DNA of 64,000 nucleotides from Octopus sinensis (GCF_006345805.1 NC_043014.1:44268001-44332000); one strand, 5' to 3'. Shown: positions 11,155 through 24,468, numbered from the stretch's first letter. Translations and numbers: made by a program. The notes: generated from the letters alone by a model not told the origin.

Positions 11155-11544
11155 ACGCCCCCCCCCCACACACACACACACTCACACAATTCCAATCGAG
11201 TGATCGTAGTTATCTATAACTGAGTACAAATTCAGTGTTAAAAACAAGTGTAGAGAATATTAGTTTTTGTTTCTTTTTTTCTTTTTTTTTCGTCGCACCT
11301 TCGTGGCCAGATGTTTCAAGTTGTCATCAGAGATCCTTCCACAATGGAATACATTATTCATTGGGTTCCTATCTTATTAGTGAATTACTGCGGTCACTTG
11401 ATTTTAATTCTATCTCTCATTCTCTTTCTGTCTCTTTCTCTCTCTCCCTCTCTTTCTTTCTCTTCTTTCTCTCTCTCGTTTTCTATTTCTCTCTCTTTCT
11501 CTCTTGCTCTCTTTCTGTCTCTCTCTCTTTTTCTTTCTCCATTT

Positions 11545-11621
<77 letters not shown>

Positions 11622-11889
11622 TTTTTGCTTTTGCCACAAGGTGTTTGTCAGCATTCTCTCGCAAATTCAGTTTATCAAGAACGGTACTTATAGTATTTGG
11701 TAATTTGGTAAACGTCTATTCGACTCTTGTGTCCAAATCCGTGCTTTTGACCTCTCTGCAAGATTTCTTTTGGCACATTTTCCTTCTATTTATGCGAATC
11801 ACTCCACGCCATAAATGTTCTCTACACATTTTGTATATATCTTAGTATGTCTATGTCTAACGGTTAGTATGTCTATATCTAACAGTTAG

Positions 11890-12294
11890 ACAATCATCAC
11901 GCACAAGAAGCGAGCACAATTGCTGTCTGTGGAAGATGAACTTCGTGAGTGTCTATCAAAAGCATGACCCAATCTTAAAGAGTTGTGCAAGAAACACCAG
12001 GCTCAATTTTCTCATTGAGTTTTTTATGAGAATAAATGTAATCTATTCAAACTAAAGTTTTTAAATACATGTTTTAATAATAACTGTAGATGCAAGAATA
12101 AAAATGCATATGTACGTGACAATTATTTTACAGTTTGTGTTTTTATTGTAAATATACCTGAACATGTGTATTTTCATTTCATTAATTAAATGCTGCTTTT
12201 TGCATAAGGCAATTAACTTATTGCACAGGGGTTCCTCGAGCCAGTGGAATGTTTCCTTGGGGTTCCGCTCCAGCAAAAAGGTTGAAAAGCACTG
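11890..12294 (+). mobile_element. hAT (Charlie/Buster-type) transposon 3' remnant
   Basis: 11899-12018 translates THKKRAQLLSVEDELRECLSKA*PNLKELCKKHQAQFSH*, matching the Buster/Charlie C-terminus (K.R..L..E.DLR..LS...P....L....QAQ.SH) with one internal stop. It ends in a TIR AGGTTGAAAAGCACTG (reverse complement CAGTGCTTTTCAACCT). Confidence 0.85.
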
Positions 12295-12828
12295 GTCTAA
12301 CCTAAATGGAAATAAGGTAAAAAAAACTATTGTGCTGATGACGCACACTGAGACAGAAACATGTCCGCTGCTATCCATTTGTCTCCAGCAAAGAAAAATA
12401 TTTAGATTGTCTTTTCCTCCATAGCATATCAAATCTAGAGAATTTTTCTATTCTATTTCTACTTCTCGTTCAGAGTTGGTCGCGATTGCCACTAGGCGTT
12501 TGTTTAGCTTCTCTCAAAGTAATGTTTCCAATACAGTAGGAATCATTAACAATTTTGTATGGTTTTTAGTTATACCGTTATTTGCATTTGTCGCACAAAT
12601 TCACGCCACAGGTGTGTGTGTGCGCGTATGTGCGTATGTATGCGTGTGTGTATGCATGTGTGTGTGTGTGTTTGTGCGAGTGTGTTTGAATATATGCATG
12701 TGTGAGTACGCACGTTTGCATGTATATATGTATGCATGCATGTATGTATGCATGTATGTATGTCTCGTGTATATCGTTGGCGATTTGCTTTCCCCGTCTT
12801 CCCTTCTTTGGACTTTTGCATTTTCTAT

Positions 12829-12863
12829 GTTTCTGACGAAGAGCTCCGCTCGAAACGTTAAAT
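12829..12863 (+). ncRNA. Very small type I hammerhead candidate in a Penelope-like terminal fragment (~12775-12962)
   Basis: GTTT-CTGACGA(12833-39)-A-GAGC-TCC-GCTC-GAAA-CGTT-AAAT; the loopless palindromic stem III implies dimeric folding; GUU site. Confidence 0.6.
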
Positions 12864-12962
12864 CTTCCTTCTTTCTTTTCCTTTCCTGAGCGTCCAATAA
12901 TACTATACTTGTTCCAAGCATTCGCGCTGTTGTGTTTTCTCTTTGTTCATGTTTGGATTAAC

Positions 12963-12996
<34 letters not shown>

Positions 12997-13121
12997 GTGT
13001 GTGATACGGTAATGCAATGTATCTATGTATGTATGTATTTATATCCATGTATGCATGTAATCTATGTATGTATATATATTATGTATGCATGTAATCTATG
13101 TATAAATATATATATATATAT

Positions 13122-13169
<48 letters not shown>

Positions 13170-13982
13170 ATATATATGTATGTATATATATATATGCATG
13201 CATGTAATATATGAACGTATGTATATGTATCTATATGTCTATGTATTTATTTATGTATGTAGATACGTATGTATATATACAGATGTATGTATAATGCACA
13301 TGCATACGTGTGAAAGTTTTTGCGTGCATAATGCGCGCGCGTATATGTGTATGTGTGTGAGTGTGTGTGTGTGTGTGTATGTGGATGTGTGTCTAAGTGT
13401 GTGTCTAAGTGTGTGTGTATGTGTGTATTTGTGTGTGTGTGTGTGTGTGTGCGTGTGCGTGTGCGTGTGCCAGAGACAAATTGCAAATGACAATATCTTA
13501 ATGGAATACGTAACGTAATGCACAAAAAAAATTAAAGCAGAAATATAGCAAAGTATGGCACCGAGGTAAAAAAGGGAAGGAGGAGAAGGAAAATAAGAGG
13601 ATTGTGGGAGAGCGAGAAGGGGAGATAATAAGTATTTAATGCAGACAAGAGATAACTGAGCGAAACGAAGATAAATAAAAAGTTAGTCGAGGCCATTATA
13701 GCGATGACGAGGAAGTAAGGCAGGAATGGTTTTCAGAACTTGGCAGCGAAGGCAGAGGCAGGGTCGGGGGTGTTGTGTGCGTGTGAGTGTTAAAAGGAGT
13801 TTTAATGCGAGTTAAGTGTGAAATGTAAATAGTGTTAAACAGGCGGATTGATAGACATGCATACCGATAGATATACATGCATACCGATAGATATCGCATG
13901 CACATAGGCATGTGCGTGCGACGTGTACACACATACATGCATACACACACACGCGCATATATGGTGGAGGGTGGGGGCATAC

Positions 13983-14027
<45 letters not shown>

Positions 14028-14537
14028 GTGTAATAAATAAAAAATATATGCATACATACAAACATATATGTACGTACCTACATCTACATGTATATATACA
14101 TGCATATATAAATATATATACGTGAGTACAGGACACCACAACTAGACGTAGAACTCAACGAGATATATATATATACGCGCGCGCACACACACTCACACAT
14201 ACATATTCAGTGAGTGTACTCTATAACTAATTGATAATTTGTTAAGGGCTATGATCAATATATGTCTAAAATAAATAAGCTCTCAATATACATGTCTGCG
14301 TGTGTGCATATATATAAATATGCATATACATATCTATCTATATATATTATGTGTGTGTGTGTGTGTGTATAAATTATATATATATATATGTGTATATATA
14401 TATAAATTATAGATATATATATGCATATGTATATATGCATACTAAAGTGTGTGTACATATATATATATATATATATAAACATTATTGTGAATTGAAGAAA
14501 TGGAGGCTGAACGCATATGAACGAATCGTTTTATTTC

Positions 14538-14618
14538 ATCTACACGTGTTTCGAAAGGCACAAATTAACCAAATCCGATTGAATGTTGGGAACCATATTG
14601 TGTCTTTCTCTTCAGGAA
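14538..14618 (-). ncRNA. Type I hammerhead candidate, left arm of the same duplication, opposite strand
   Basis: Minus strand reads TTC-CTGAAGA-GAAAGACACAA..TTGTGCCTTTC-GAAA-CACGTGTA-GATG; stem II pairs 10 of 11. Confidence 0.65.
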
Positions 14619-14712
14619 GAAAAAAGGAATCCGTTGGAAAAACAAAACAGACAGAGGCGGAGCAAAAAACAAATCTGTTCTGTTTTGTTTTTCCAACGGA
14701 TTTCCTTTTTTC

Positions 14713-14789
14713 TTCCTGAAGATAAGACACAAGTGGTCCCATTATTCATCGGATTTTGGTAATTTGTGCCTTTCGAAACACGTGTAGAA
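14713..14789 (+). ncRNA. Type I hammerhead candidate, right arm of inverted duplication
   Basis: TTC / CTGAAGA 14716-22 / AAGACACAA..TTGTGCCTT / GAAA 14775-78 / palindrome ACACGTGT / GUA 14784-86 / GAA. The base of stem II is imperfect in this copy. Confidence 0.6.
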
Positions 14790-15070
14790 TGAAATAAAAC
14801 GATTCTGTTCAATCTCGTTCATCTCCATTTCTTCAATCACCAATAATGTTTTAATTTCAATTATCCGCACCAACGCACGGTGTGCAACGCCAGATGGTTG
14901 TACCTCCAACCGTGCTGTTTACTGCTGTGATTTTGCTACTAAGGTATCGGTTAAACTTTTGATTATCTACTACAAGATTATTCATCTTTCTATTCACATA
15001 ATATATATATAATATATTATATATATGTATAGATAGATAGATAGATAATAGATAGATAAATAGATAGATA

Positions 15071-15152
<82 letters not shown>

Positions 15153-15418
15153 GCGAGTGCGTAATTATTTGTAACCACAGGTACCCACACACACAAAAAT
15201 CAGAAAAAAAAAAAAGTTTGATAATGAAAACAAGGGACCTAAACAGAGCATTGAGAGAATGGGGAGATGAAACACAAGTTCGGATTACAGATAAGTTGTA
15301 TGTGGGAGGTAGAGTTAAGGCTGAGTCAAAATGGTCAAATATGTAAATATCTTTATGTCTGTATTACTGACTAAGTTGCTTGCATACCTACCTACCTTAT
15401 CTATCTGTCTGTCTGTCA

Positions 15419-15470
<52 letters not shown>

Positions 15471-15491
15471 GTCTGTCTATCTATCTATCTA

Positions 15492-15543
<52 letters not shown>

Positions 15544-15665
15544 TCTATCTATCAGTTTTCCTGTCTAAGACTATGTATCTATTTACCTACACACGCGCGC
15601 GCACGCGCACACACTCAACTAATCTATCAACCTACATACTTGGCTTTGTACACATCCCCCAAATA

Positions 15666-15719
<54 letters not shown>

Positions 15720-15924
15720 CATACATACATTTATACATATATACACACATATATATGTATATTACATATATAATATATACATGTTGTATGTGTGTTGTGC
15801 ATGTGTGTTGTATGTATGTATATAAGCTGTATGTATTATATATATAGATAGATATTAGTAGATAGTATATAGATAGATAGATAGATAGTAGATAGATAGA
15901 TAGATATGTATTTCTCTCTTCTCT

Positions 15925-16124
15925 TTCTCTTTTACTGGTTTCAGTCATGTGACTGTGGCCATGCTGGAGCACCGCCTTAAGTCGAGCAAATCAACCCAGG
16001 ACTTATTCCTTTTGCCAAACCGCTAAGTGACGAGACGTAAACACACCAGCATCGTTGTCAAGCAATGCTGTGGGGCAAACACAGACACCACAAACATATA
16101 CACATTCAACATACATATATATAT

Positions 16125-16182
<58 letters not shown>

Positions 16183-16350
16183 ACACGACGGGCTTCTTTT
16201 AGTCTCCGTCTACCAAATCCACTCACAAGGCTTTGATCGGCCCGAGGCTAAAGTAAGAAAGAGGCGTACCCAAGGTGCCACTCAGTGGGACTGATCCCGG
16301 AACTATGTGGTTGGTAGCAAGCTACTTACCACACAACCACTCCTACGCCT
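15925..16350 (-). mobile_element. SINE family A
   Basis: Reverse match. Confidence 0.9.
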
Positions 16351-16377
16351 GTATGTATATATCTATATACACACACG

Positions 16378-16419
<42 letters not shown>

Positions 16420-16517
16420 CAGGAATTTATATCTTCATTATCTTATGTGTTCCTAACCATTGTTTTGTTCTTCTTTAAAATTCTGGCATATTTTCATGGT
16501 CTACATAATCTCTGTAA

Positions 16518-16558
<41 letters not shown>

Positions 16559-16669
16559 AACGCACATACGCACACGCGCGCACGCACACACAAACACGAG
16601 CGACCGCTATCATTAACACCGTTGCACTAATAATCATCCTCATCAACGCCATCATCATCTTGGATTATT

Positions 16670-17350
<681 letters not shown>

Positions 17351-17723
17351 GCCTCCAAATTAATTCCAGCCGCCACTGTCTATCCTTCTGTTCGTATATG
17401 TTGGACTGGTTTTATCGCATTACATTTGACTGCTCTTTCTAACAGGTCTAGTTACCTCGTACAGGTTATCTTGTAGGATTGTCAATGGTAGTGCAGCAGA
17501 AGTTGGTATAAGTGGGGGATCGCTCTCCCCCACAACCCCCGCTACTACCTCACCATCACCTCCTCCATTCTCGTTGACAACATCTTTATAGTTTCGGTTT
17601 CATTTTCAGCACACACACGCGCACACTATATATATATATATATATATTACATACGTATACGTAAAACAAAGTTTCAAATACATGCATAGACACGGACATG
17701 CACACACATATATACACATTTTT

Positions 17724-18108
17724 TCTTACTCTTTTACTTGTTTCAGTCATTTGACTACGGCTATGCTGGAGCATCGCCTTTAGTGGAGCAAATTGACCCA
17801 CAGGACTTATTCTTTGGAAGCCTAGTACTTATTCTATCGATATCTTTTGCCGAACCGATATCTTTTGTAAACACACCAGCATCGGTTGTCAAGCGATGTT
17901 AGGGGGACAAACACAGACACACTAAAACACACACACATATATATACGACGGGCTTCTTTCAGTTTCCGTCTACCAAATCCACTCACAAGGCTTTGGGCGG
18001 CCCGAGGCTATAGTAGAAGACACTTGCCCAAGGTGCCACGCAGTGGGACTGTACCCAGAACCATGTGGTTGGTAAGCAAGCTACTTACCACACAGCCACT
18101 CCTGCGCC
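17724..18108 (-). mobile_element. SINE family A
   Basis: Reverse match. Confidence 0.9.
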
Positions 18109-18436
18109 TATATATATTACACACATGCACTTACACAAAACCTAAAGTTTCACATAGTCACACACATACATAAAACCCACATACATGTGCACACATTAAA
18201 CACACTCAGATCGGCGCACGCATACTTACACAGACTAAATCATAACCTAAATCAGTCACACTCACACACACACACGCACTTACACACACATACTGGAACA
18301 GCATGCAAGTGAAATTAGCGTGCGAGTGGCTGAGTACTCCACAGACACGCCGTACCCTGAATGTAGTTCTCAGAAAGATTCAGTATGATACACAGAATGT
18401 GGACAAAGCTGGCTTTTTGAATTATATCTACAACTC

Positions 18437-19183
18437 ATTTCTGCCAGTGAGGCACAAGGCCCGAAATTTTGGGGGAGGGGCAAGTCGATTAGATCGACCC
18501 CAGTACGGAACCGGTACTTAATTTATCGACCTCCGAAAGGATGAAAGGCAAAGTCGACCGCGGTGGAATTTGAACTCAGAACTTTTCTACTCAAGACACA
18601 AGGTCCGAAATTTTTGTGGAGGGAGCCAGTCGATTAGATCGACCTCAGTACGTAACTGGTACTTACTTTATCGACAGGCAGAGTCAACCTCGGTGGAATT
18701 TGAGCTCAGAACGTAAAGACAGACGAAATAGCGCTCGGCATTTCACCCGGCGTGCTAACGTTTCTTATTTCTTTACTGCCCACAGAGAGCTACACACAGA
18801 GCGGATAAACTAGAACAGACAAACGGATTAAGTCGACTGGCTCGACCCCAGTGCATAACTGGTACTTATTTAATCGAACCCGAAAGGAAGAAAGGCAAAG
18901 CCGACCTCGGCGGAATTTGAACTCAGAACGTAATGGCAGACGAAATACCTATTTCTTTACTACCCACAAGGGGCTAAACATAGAGGGGACAAACGAGGAC
19001 AGACATAGGTATTAAGTCGATTATATCGACCCCAGTGCGTAACTGGTACTTATTTAATCGACCCCGAAAGGATGAAAGGCAAAGTCGACCTCGGCAGAAT
19101 TTGAATTCAGAACGTAAAGACAGACGAAATACCGCTCAGCACTTCGCCCGGCGTGCTAACGTTTCTGCCAGCTTGACGCCTTA
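18437..19183 (-). mobile_element. Cluster of 4-5 tandem SINE family B bodies
   Basis: Repeated ACTGGTACTT..GAAAGG..AAAGGCAAAG.CGACC..GGAATTTGAACTCAGAAC blocks. Confidence 0.85.
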
Positions 19184-19758
19184 GAAATAAAGTTTCTTGT
19201 TCAATAACACAATGCGCAGCTGGATATCGAACTCATGTTCCTCCGATCATGAGCCGAATGCCTTGATCACAAAGCCACTCGTCTTCACCACATACTCATA
19301 CATCGCACACACTAATACAAATGCATTCTCCCTCAGAGGTAAACACACATACACAACATACATACAGCAATTTAAGCAGACATAGAGAGGCAAACATGCA
19401 GAGGCATGGACGCACGGGAGAGTCGCCCGGGGAAGCCTCACGCTCTAAGGGGGCTCACTGCTTCTCTGCATGCTGAGATTGTGTATACTGGGGTCTCCCG
19501 TGCATCATTTGGAGACACACAGGTGTAAAAACACACATACACAAACAATCTCTGTCCCCCCCCACTCTCTCTTTCTTTCTCCCTGTCTCCAATTTCTCTC
19601 GTCTCTCTCTCTCTCTTTCTCACTCCCTCTCTTCCTATCTCTCTATCCCTCTATCTAGTTAGCTTTCCATCAATGTATCAATCTATCTATATTTCTCTCA
19701 CACACACAAATAAATGGAGAAGCCATCATACACACTCGTACAGACTAACACCTATACA

Positions 19759-20138
19759 GGCGCAGGAGTGGCTTACTAACCAACCACATGGTTCCGGGTT
19801 CAGTCCCACTGCGTGGCATCTTGGGCAAGTGTCTTCTGCTTTAGCCTTGGGCCGACTAAAGCCTTGTGAGTGGATTTGGTAGACGGAAACTGAAAGAAGC
19901 CCGTCGTATATATGATATATATATATATATATATATGTTTGTGTGTGTGTGTGTTTGTCCCCCCAACATCGCTGGTGTGTTTATGTCCCCGTCACTTAGC
20001 GGTTCGGCAAAAGAGATCCGATAGAATAAGTACTGGGCTTACAAAAGAATAAGCCCCGGGGTCGAGTTGCTCGATTAAATTCGGTGCTCCAGCATGGCCG
20101 CAGTCAAATGACTGAAACAAGTAAAAAGAGTAAAAGAG
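19759..20138 (+). mobile_element. SINE family A
   Basis: Forward match with a small head deletion. Confidence 0.9.
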
Positions 20139-21354
20139 TATATTCTGCACCTCTCCCCACTCTCTTTCTTTTTCCTTGTTTCTCTACCTATGTCTCTCAG
20201 TCTCTCTCTCTCTCATTTACTTCCCCCTCTCTCTCTTCCTCCTTTACTTCACCCCTCTCTCTCTCTTTCTATATGCATCATCTTCACCAGGAAACTCACA
20301 CACACACTCACACACACACACACACACACACACATTTTATCTCATCTTCACAAATACTTATAGAGACCAACGTTAGTTTCATCAGGCACATATATCTCAA
20401 CCCTCCACCGTCCACCCGTTTCAAACCGCCATGTTACGTTTTAGCGTTTCTTGCATCCGTTGCTGTTGCCGCTTGAGGCATCTTGAAACACATGTGTGTG
20501 TATGCATGTATGTATGTATGTATGTATGCATGTATGTATGTATGTATGTTATGTATGCATGTATGTATGTATGTATGTATGTATGTATGTATGTGTGTAT
20601 GTGTATGTGTGTGAGTGTATTTAAATGCAAATACAAACTCATATAACACATACAATTACATACTCATATCTGTGCGTACTCACACACAAACACACACATA
20701 TGTAATATACACACACATACTTATATATACACACATTTATATAGTGTATGTACATGAAAAGATAGTTGTATATATAGATATATATAGATACACATATACT
20801 TATATGCACACATATATATGTACATATGCATATATACGTAAATATATTTATACATGCATATACAAGTTCATGTATATGTATGTGTGTACGTATGTGTATT
20901 TGTATGTATGTATGTATGCATTTATGTATGTATGTATGTATGTGTGTGTGTATGTATGTATGTGTGTGTGTGTACGTATGGGTGTATGTATGTATGTATG
21001 TACGTATGTATGTATGTATGTATGTATGTATGTATGTATGTATGTGTGTATGTATGTATAATCCGTCACACGCACGCACACACCCATTCACCCTTGTGCT
21101 TAATTTTGGCGTTCCATCCACCCTCGGCAGACGTCTCCTGCCCCGCAGTTACCATCCATCCTTCAGATACCAGGTTTACCAAACTTTCTTGGAAACATGT
21201 GAACACACAGGTGAAGAGCGGGTAGGAGATGGGAGAACGAGTGAACGAGAGAGGGAGAGCGAGAGAGAGAGAGAGGAGGAGGAGATATAGAAAGAGAGAG
21301 AGAGAGAGACAGTAAGACGTAGAGGAGGATAGAAAGTGAGCATAATAAAAGAGC

Positions 21355-21860
21355 GAGTGAGAGAAAAGGGGGAGAGGAAGAGAGAAGGAAAGAGTGAGAG
21401 CGAGAAGGTTGATATAAGTGAAGTAAAAAAAAAAAATCAAAGCAGCGAAGCAGACGACAAGGGAGGGATAGCGTGAGTGAGAAAAGCGGTGAAAAGAAGA
21501 TAAACTGTGAGAGGGAGTGACAGGGAGAAAGGGGAGAGGAAGAGAGAAGGAAAGAGTGAGAGGGAGAAGGTTGATATAAGTGAAGTAAAAAAAAAAAAAA
21601 TCAAAGCAGCGAAGCAGACGACAAGAGAGGGATAGTGTGAGTGAGAGAAGCGGTGAAAAGAAGATAAACTGTGAGAGGAGTGACAAGGAGAAATGGGAGA
21701 GGAAGAGAGAAAGAAAGAGTGAGAGCGAGAAGGTTGATATAAGTGAAGTAAAAAAAAAATCAAAGCAACGAAGCAGACGACAAGGGAGGGGGGGATAGTA
21801 TGAGTGAGAGAAGCGGTGAAAAGAAGATAAACTGTGAGAGGGGTGACAGGGAGAAAGGGA
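21355..21860. repeat. Purine-rich tandem repeat, ~162-bp unit, ~3 copies
   Basis: GGTTGATATAAGTGAAGTAAAAAAA at 21407, 21569 and 21732. Confidence 0.9.
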
Positions 21861-23089
21861 GAAGAAGAGAGAAAGTGGTGGGGTAGAGGGATAAAAAGTT
21901 TAGAAAGGTGTGAAATAGAGAAACAAAGGTGAGACATAAAGCGAAAATGAAGAAAAGAGAAAGAGTATGGCTTCAAGTAAAAAAAATGATAGCAGTAGGA
22001 GAGAGTGAGAGAGGGGGGAGAGAACACAAGAGAAAGAAGCATAACAAAGAGAGATGCGGGGGGGGGGAGAAGGAAGAGTGGTAAAGAAAGGAGAGGGAGT
22101 GTGTGAGTGATATAGAGAAAGGTGATAGAGAATAGAAAGACTAGAAAGAGAACTGCTAAGAGGGAGTTGCAGAGAGAGAGAGAGAGAGGAAGAGGGAGCG
22201 AGAGGGGAGAGAGAGAGAGACAGAGAGACAGAGAACTAAAGGGGAAGAGATAGATATGGAGAAAGCGAAAGAGAAGGGTAACAAGCGGTTATATACACCT
22301 AGGATTTTTTTTATACACGCGATAAAACAAATTTCATATATAGATACCTGCTCATATACACATACATATATAGATGAACTGACGTAGAGAGAGAAGCGGG
22401 AGAGACAGAGAGAGGCAGGAGAGAGGCAGGAGAGAGGCAGAGAGAGAAAGAGAGAGGGGGATGAACATGCATATACTGCTGAGGTCACACTCATCTCGCA
22501 TACACATACACTCGAGCAAATGCACACGGACACACCTAGAAATTTTGTTCCGGCCCAGCGTTGTACTTATATGGCGAAGGCATGTGAAGTCGGCTTCGTA
22601 ACCCGATACAAGCCAGCATCACGGCAGCTCGCTGAGGTGAGGTGTAAGGCATCATCATCACCATCACCATCATCACCGTCGTTGAAGCCCGCAATCGTCG
22701 TCGTCGTCGTCGTCGCCATCATCCTCGTCATCAGAGGTATATAGTCGTCGTCGTCGACGTCATCATCATCATCATCATCGTCATCATCATCATCACCATC
22801 AATAGCACATCCCAACTCTTCACGTTTCGTCAGTGGATCCGACAAAAGACACCAGAAGTAAAGCAAACAAATATAAATATATATATATATAAAATAATAA
22901 ATAAAAGAAATAAAATACACATTCTCTTATAATCACAAACACACACACACAAACACACACACACAAACACACACACACGCACACACACACACGCACACAT
23001 ATACAAACACTCATTTACTTACATATATATACATATACATACATATACACATACCTTTACATATTTGTGCGTGTATATGTGTGTGTGTA

Positions 23090-23577
23090 CACAACACTTC
23101 CGTTTCGACGACTCCACCATCACCGCCACCACAGCCACCACAGCCACCACCGCCACCACCACCACCTCCACCAGTTCCTTCCACCCCCGACTGCACAGCC
23201 TTCTATATCGCACGCACCCACCCCCTCCCTCCCTCCCTCCCTCCCCGACTCCCGACTCCCGACTCCACCAACCAGCCAGCCAGCCAGCCAGCCGGCCAAC
23301 CAACCAACAGAGCCGACAACGCGCCTCCCACCCCCTCCCACTCACTCACTCTCTCTCTCTCTCACACACTTTCTCCTCCCTCCCCCTTATTCTATGTCTG
23401 ACTGACTTGGAACCAAAGTTTCTATTCCAACTGTCTCCACCGAACGGCGCAAACCGTATTTTGAGCAGCTCCGTCCAGACTTGAGTTTTATTTACTCAAA
23501 TCTTTTTTTAAAAAAATAAAAAAAGCCCAACAGCTTTTCGCCTTTGGATATTAACTAAAAAAAACAAAAAACACAAA
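23090..23577 (+). promoter_or_regulatory. Probable promoter and 5' UTR of the calponin-like gene
   Basis: C-rich, CpG-containing unique sequence (CCCGACT and CCAG repeats) directly upstream of the ATG; TSS not determinable. Confidence 0.4.
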
Positions 23578-23628
23578 ATGGCTCTGCGTTTAGGACCCAA
23601 AGGTATGGACAGGGCTATCCAGTCCAAG
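23578..23628 (+). CDS. First coding exon of a calponin/transgelin (SM22/myophilin/Mp20-like) family gene; rest of the gene not found in the window
   Basis: AAAATG start after an A-rich leader; reads MALRLGPKGMDRAIQSK and ends at a canonical phase-0 donor AAG|GTAAGC (GT at 23629-23630). The peptide resembles from memory the N-terminus of molluscan calponin/myophilin-like proteins (..KPMGMDRAL.SK before M.AKYD). Too short for the ORF track. Confidence 0.75.
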
Positions 23629-24468
23629 GTAAGCAATTTCATCATTTGCACAGTTCAGTTTGTTGTTTATACATGTTGTGTTTCTGTTCTGTTTATGCCT
23701 CAATAAGAATTCGTGAGCACCTATCAATCTATCTTTCTACCTATAAATCCATTTATCTATCTACCTATCTTTCTACCTATAAATCCATTTATCTATCTAC
23801 TTACCTATCTACCTATGCTTTTATCTTCCTGTCTATTTACCTATGCTGCATTTCTGTCTACCTATCTTTCTATCTATCAGCTTGTCTACCTATCTTTCTA
23901 GCTGTTTTATCTATCTGCATATCTATGTGTTATATACGTTTGTCAATAATGTTTTTTTTTTGTATTTTGTTTAATTGCGCGCATTCATGTTTTTGAATAT
24001 TTACAGAGAATCTTTTTTTTTTTTTTAAATCTTTTGGAGGAAAGGATTTTGTGAAAAATAATCGAAAACTAAAATTAAATGCAATTGCACCACGGAAAGT
24101 TAAATCAACTATAATAAATATCCACCCAGCCACACCCCCCCACATACAATATTACAACAGGTAACAGTAAAAAGACAATAATAAATTTAAGAAGTTTTAA
24201 AAACTTTATTTTATATATCCACTCAGAAAGAATATATACATACATTATGTATATATATATATATACACACACACATACACATACACATATACACACACAC
24301 AGTGATTAAAATACCCAATGCAGAAAGTTTTAAAAGAGGATAAAGGATTAATAATTAAATATATAAACAGGTAAATAAATAAGTAAATAAATAGATATTT
24401 CAAGAATTTTCTTCCACTAAAATCGTCATTTTATAATTTGGTTATAACTTTTATTTTTTTAGATAAAG

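Larger units (their letters stand above)
14477..14851. mobile_element. Fold-back element, both arms carrying a hammerhead
   Basis: Inverted arms 14477-14655 / 14674-14851, roughly 85-90% identical by eye with several small indels. Confidence 0.7.

Noticed and set aside
22565-22574. CArG-like ACTTATATGG about 1 kb upstream of the ATG
   Set aside because: A single one-mismatch motif with no supporting cluster; too weak to call.
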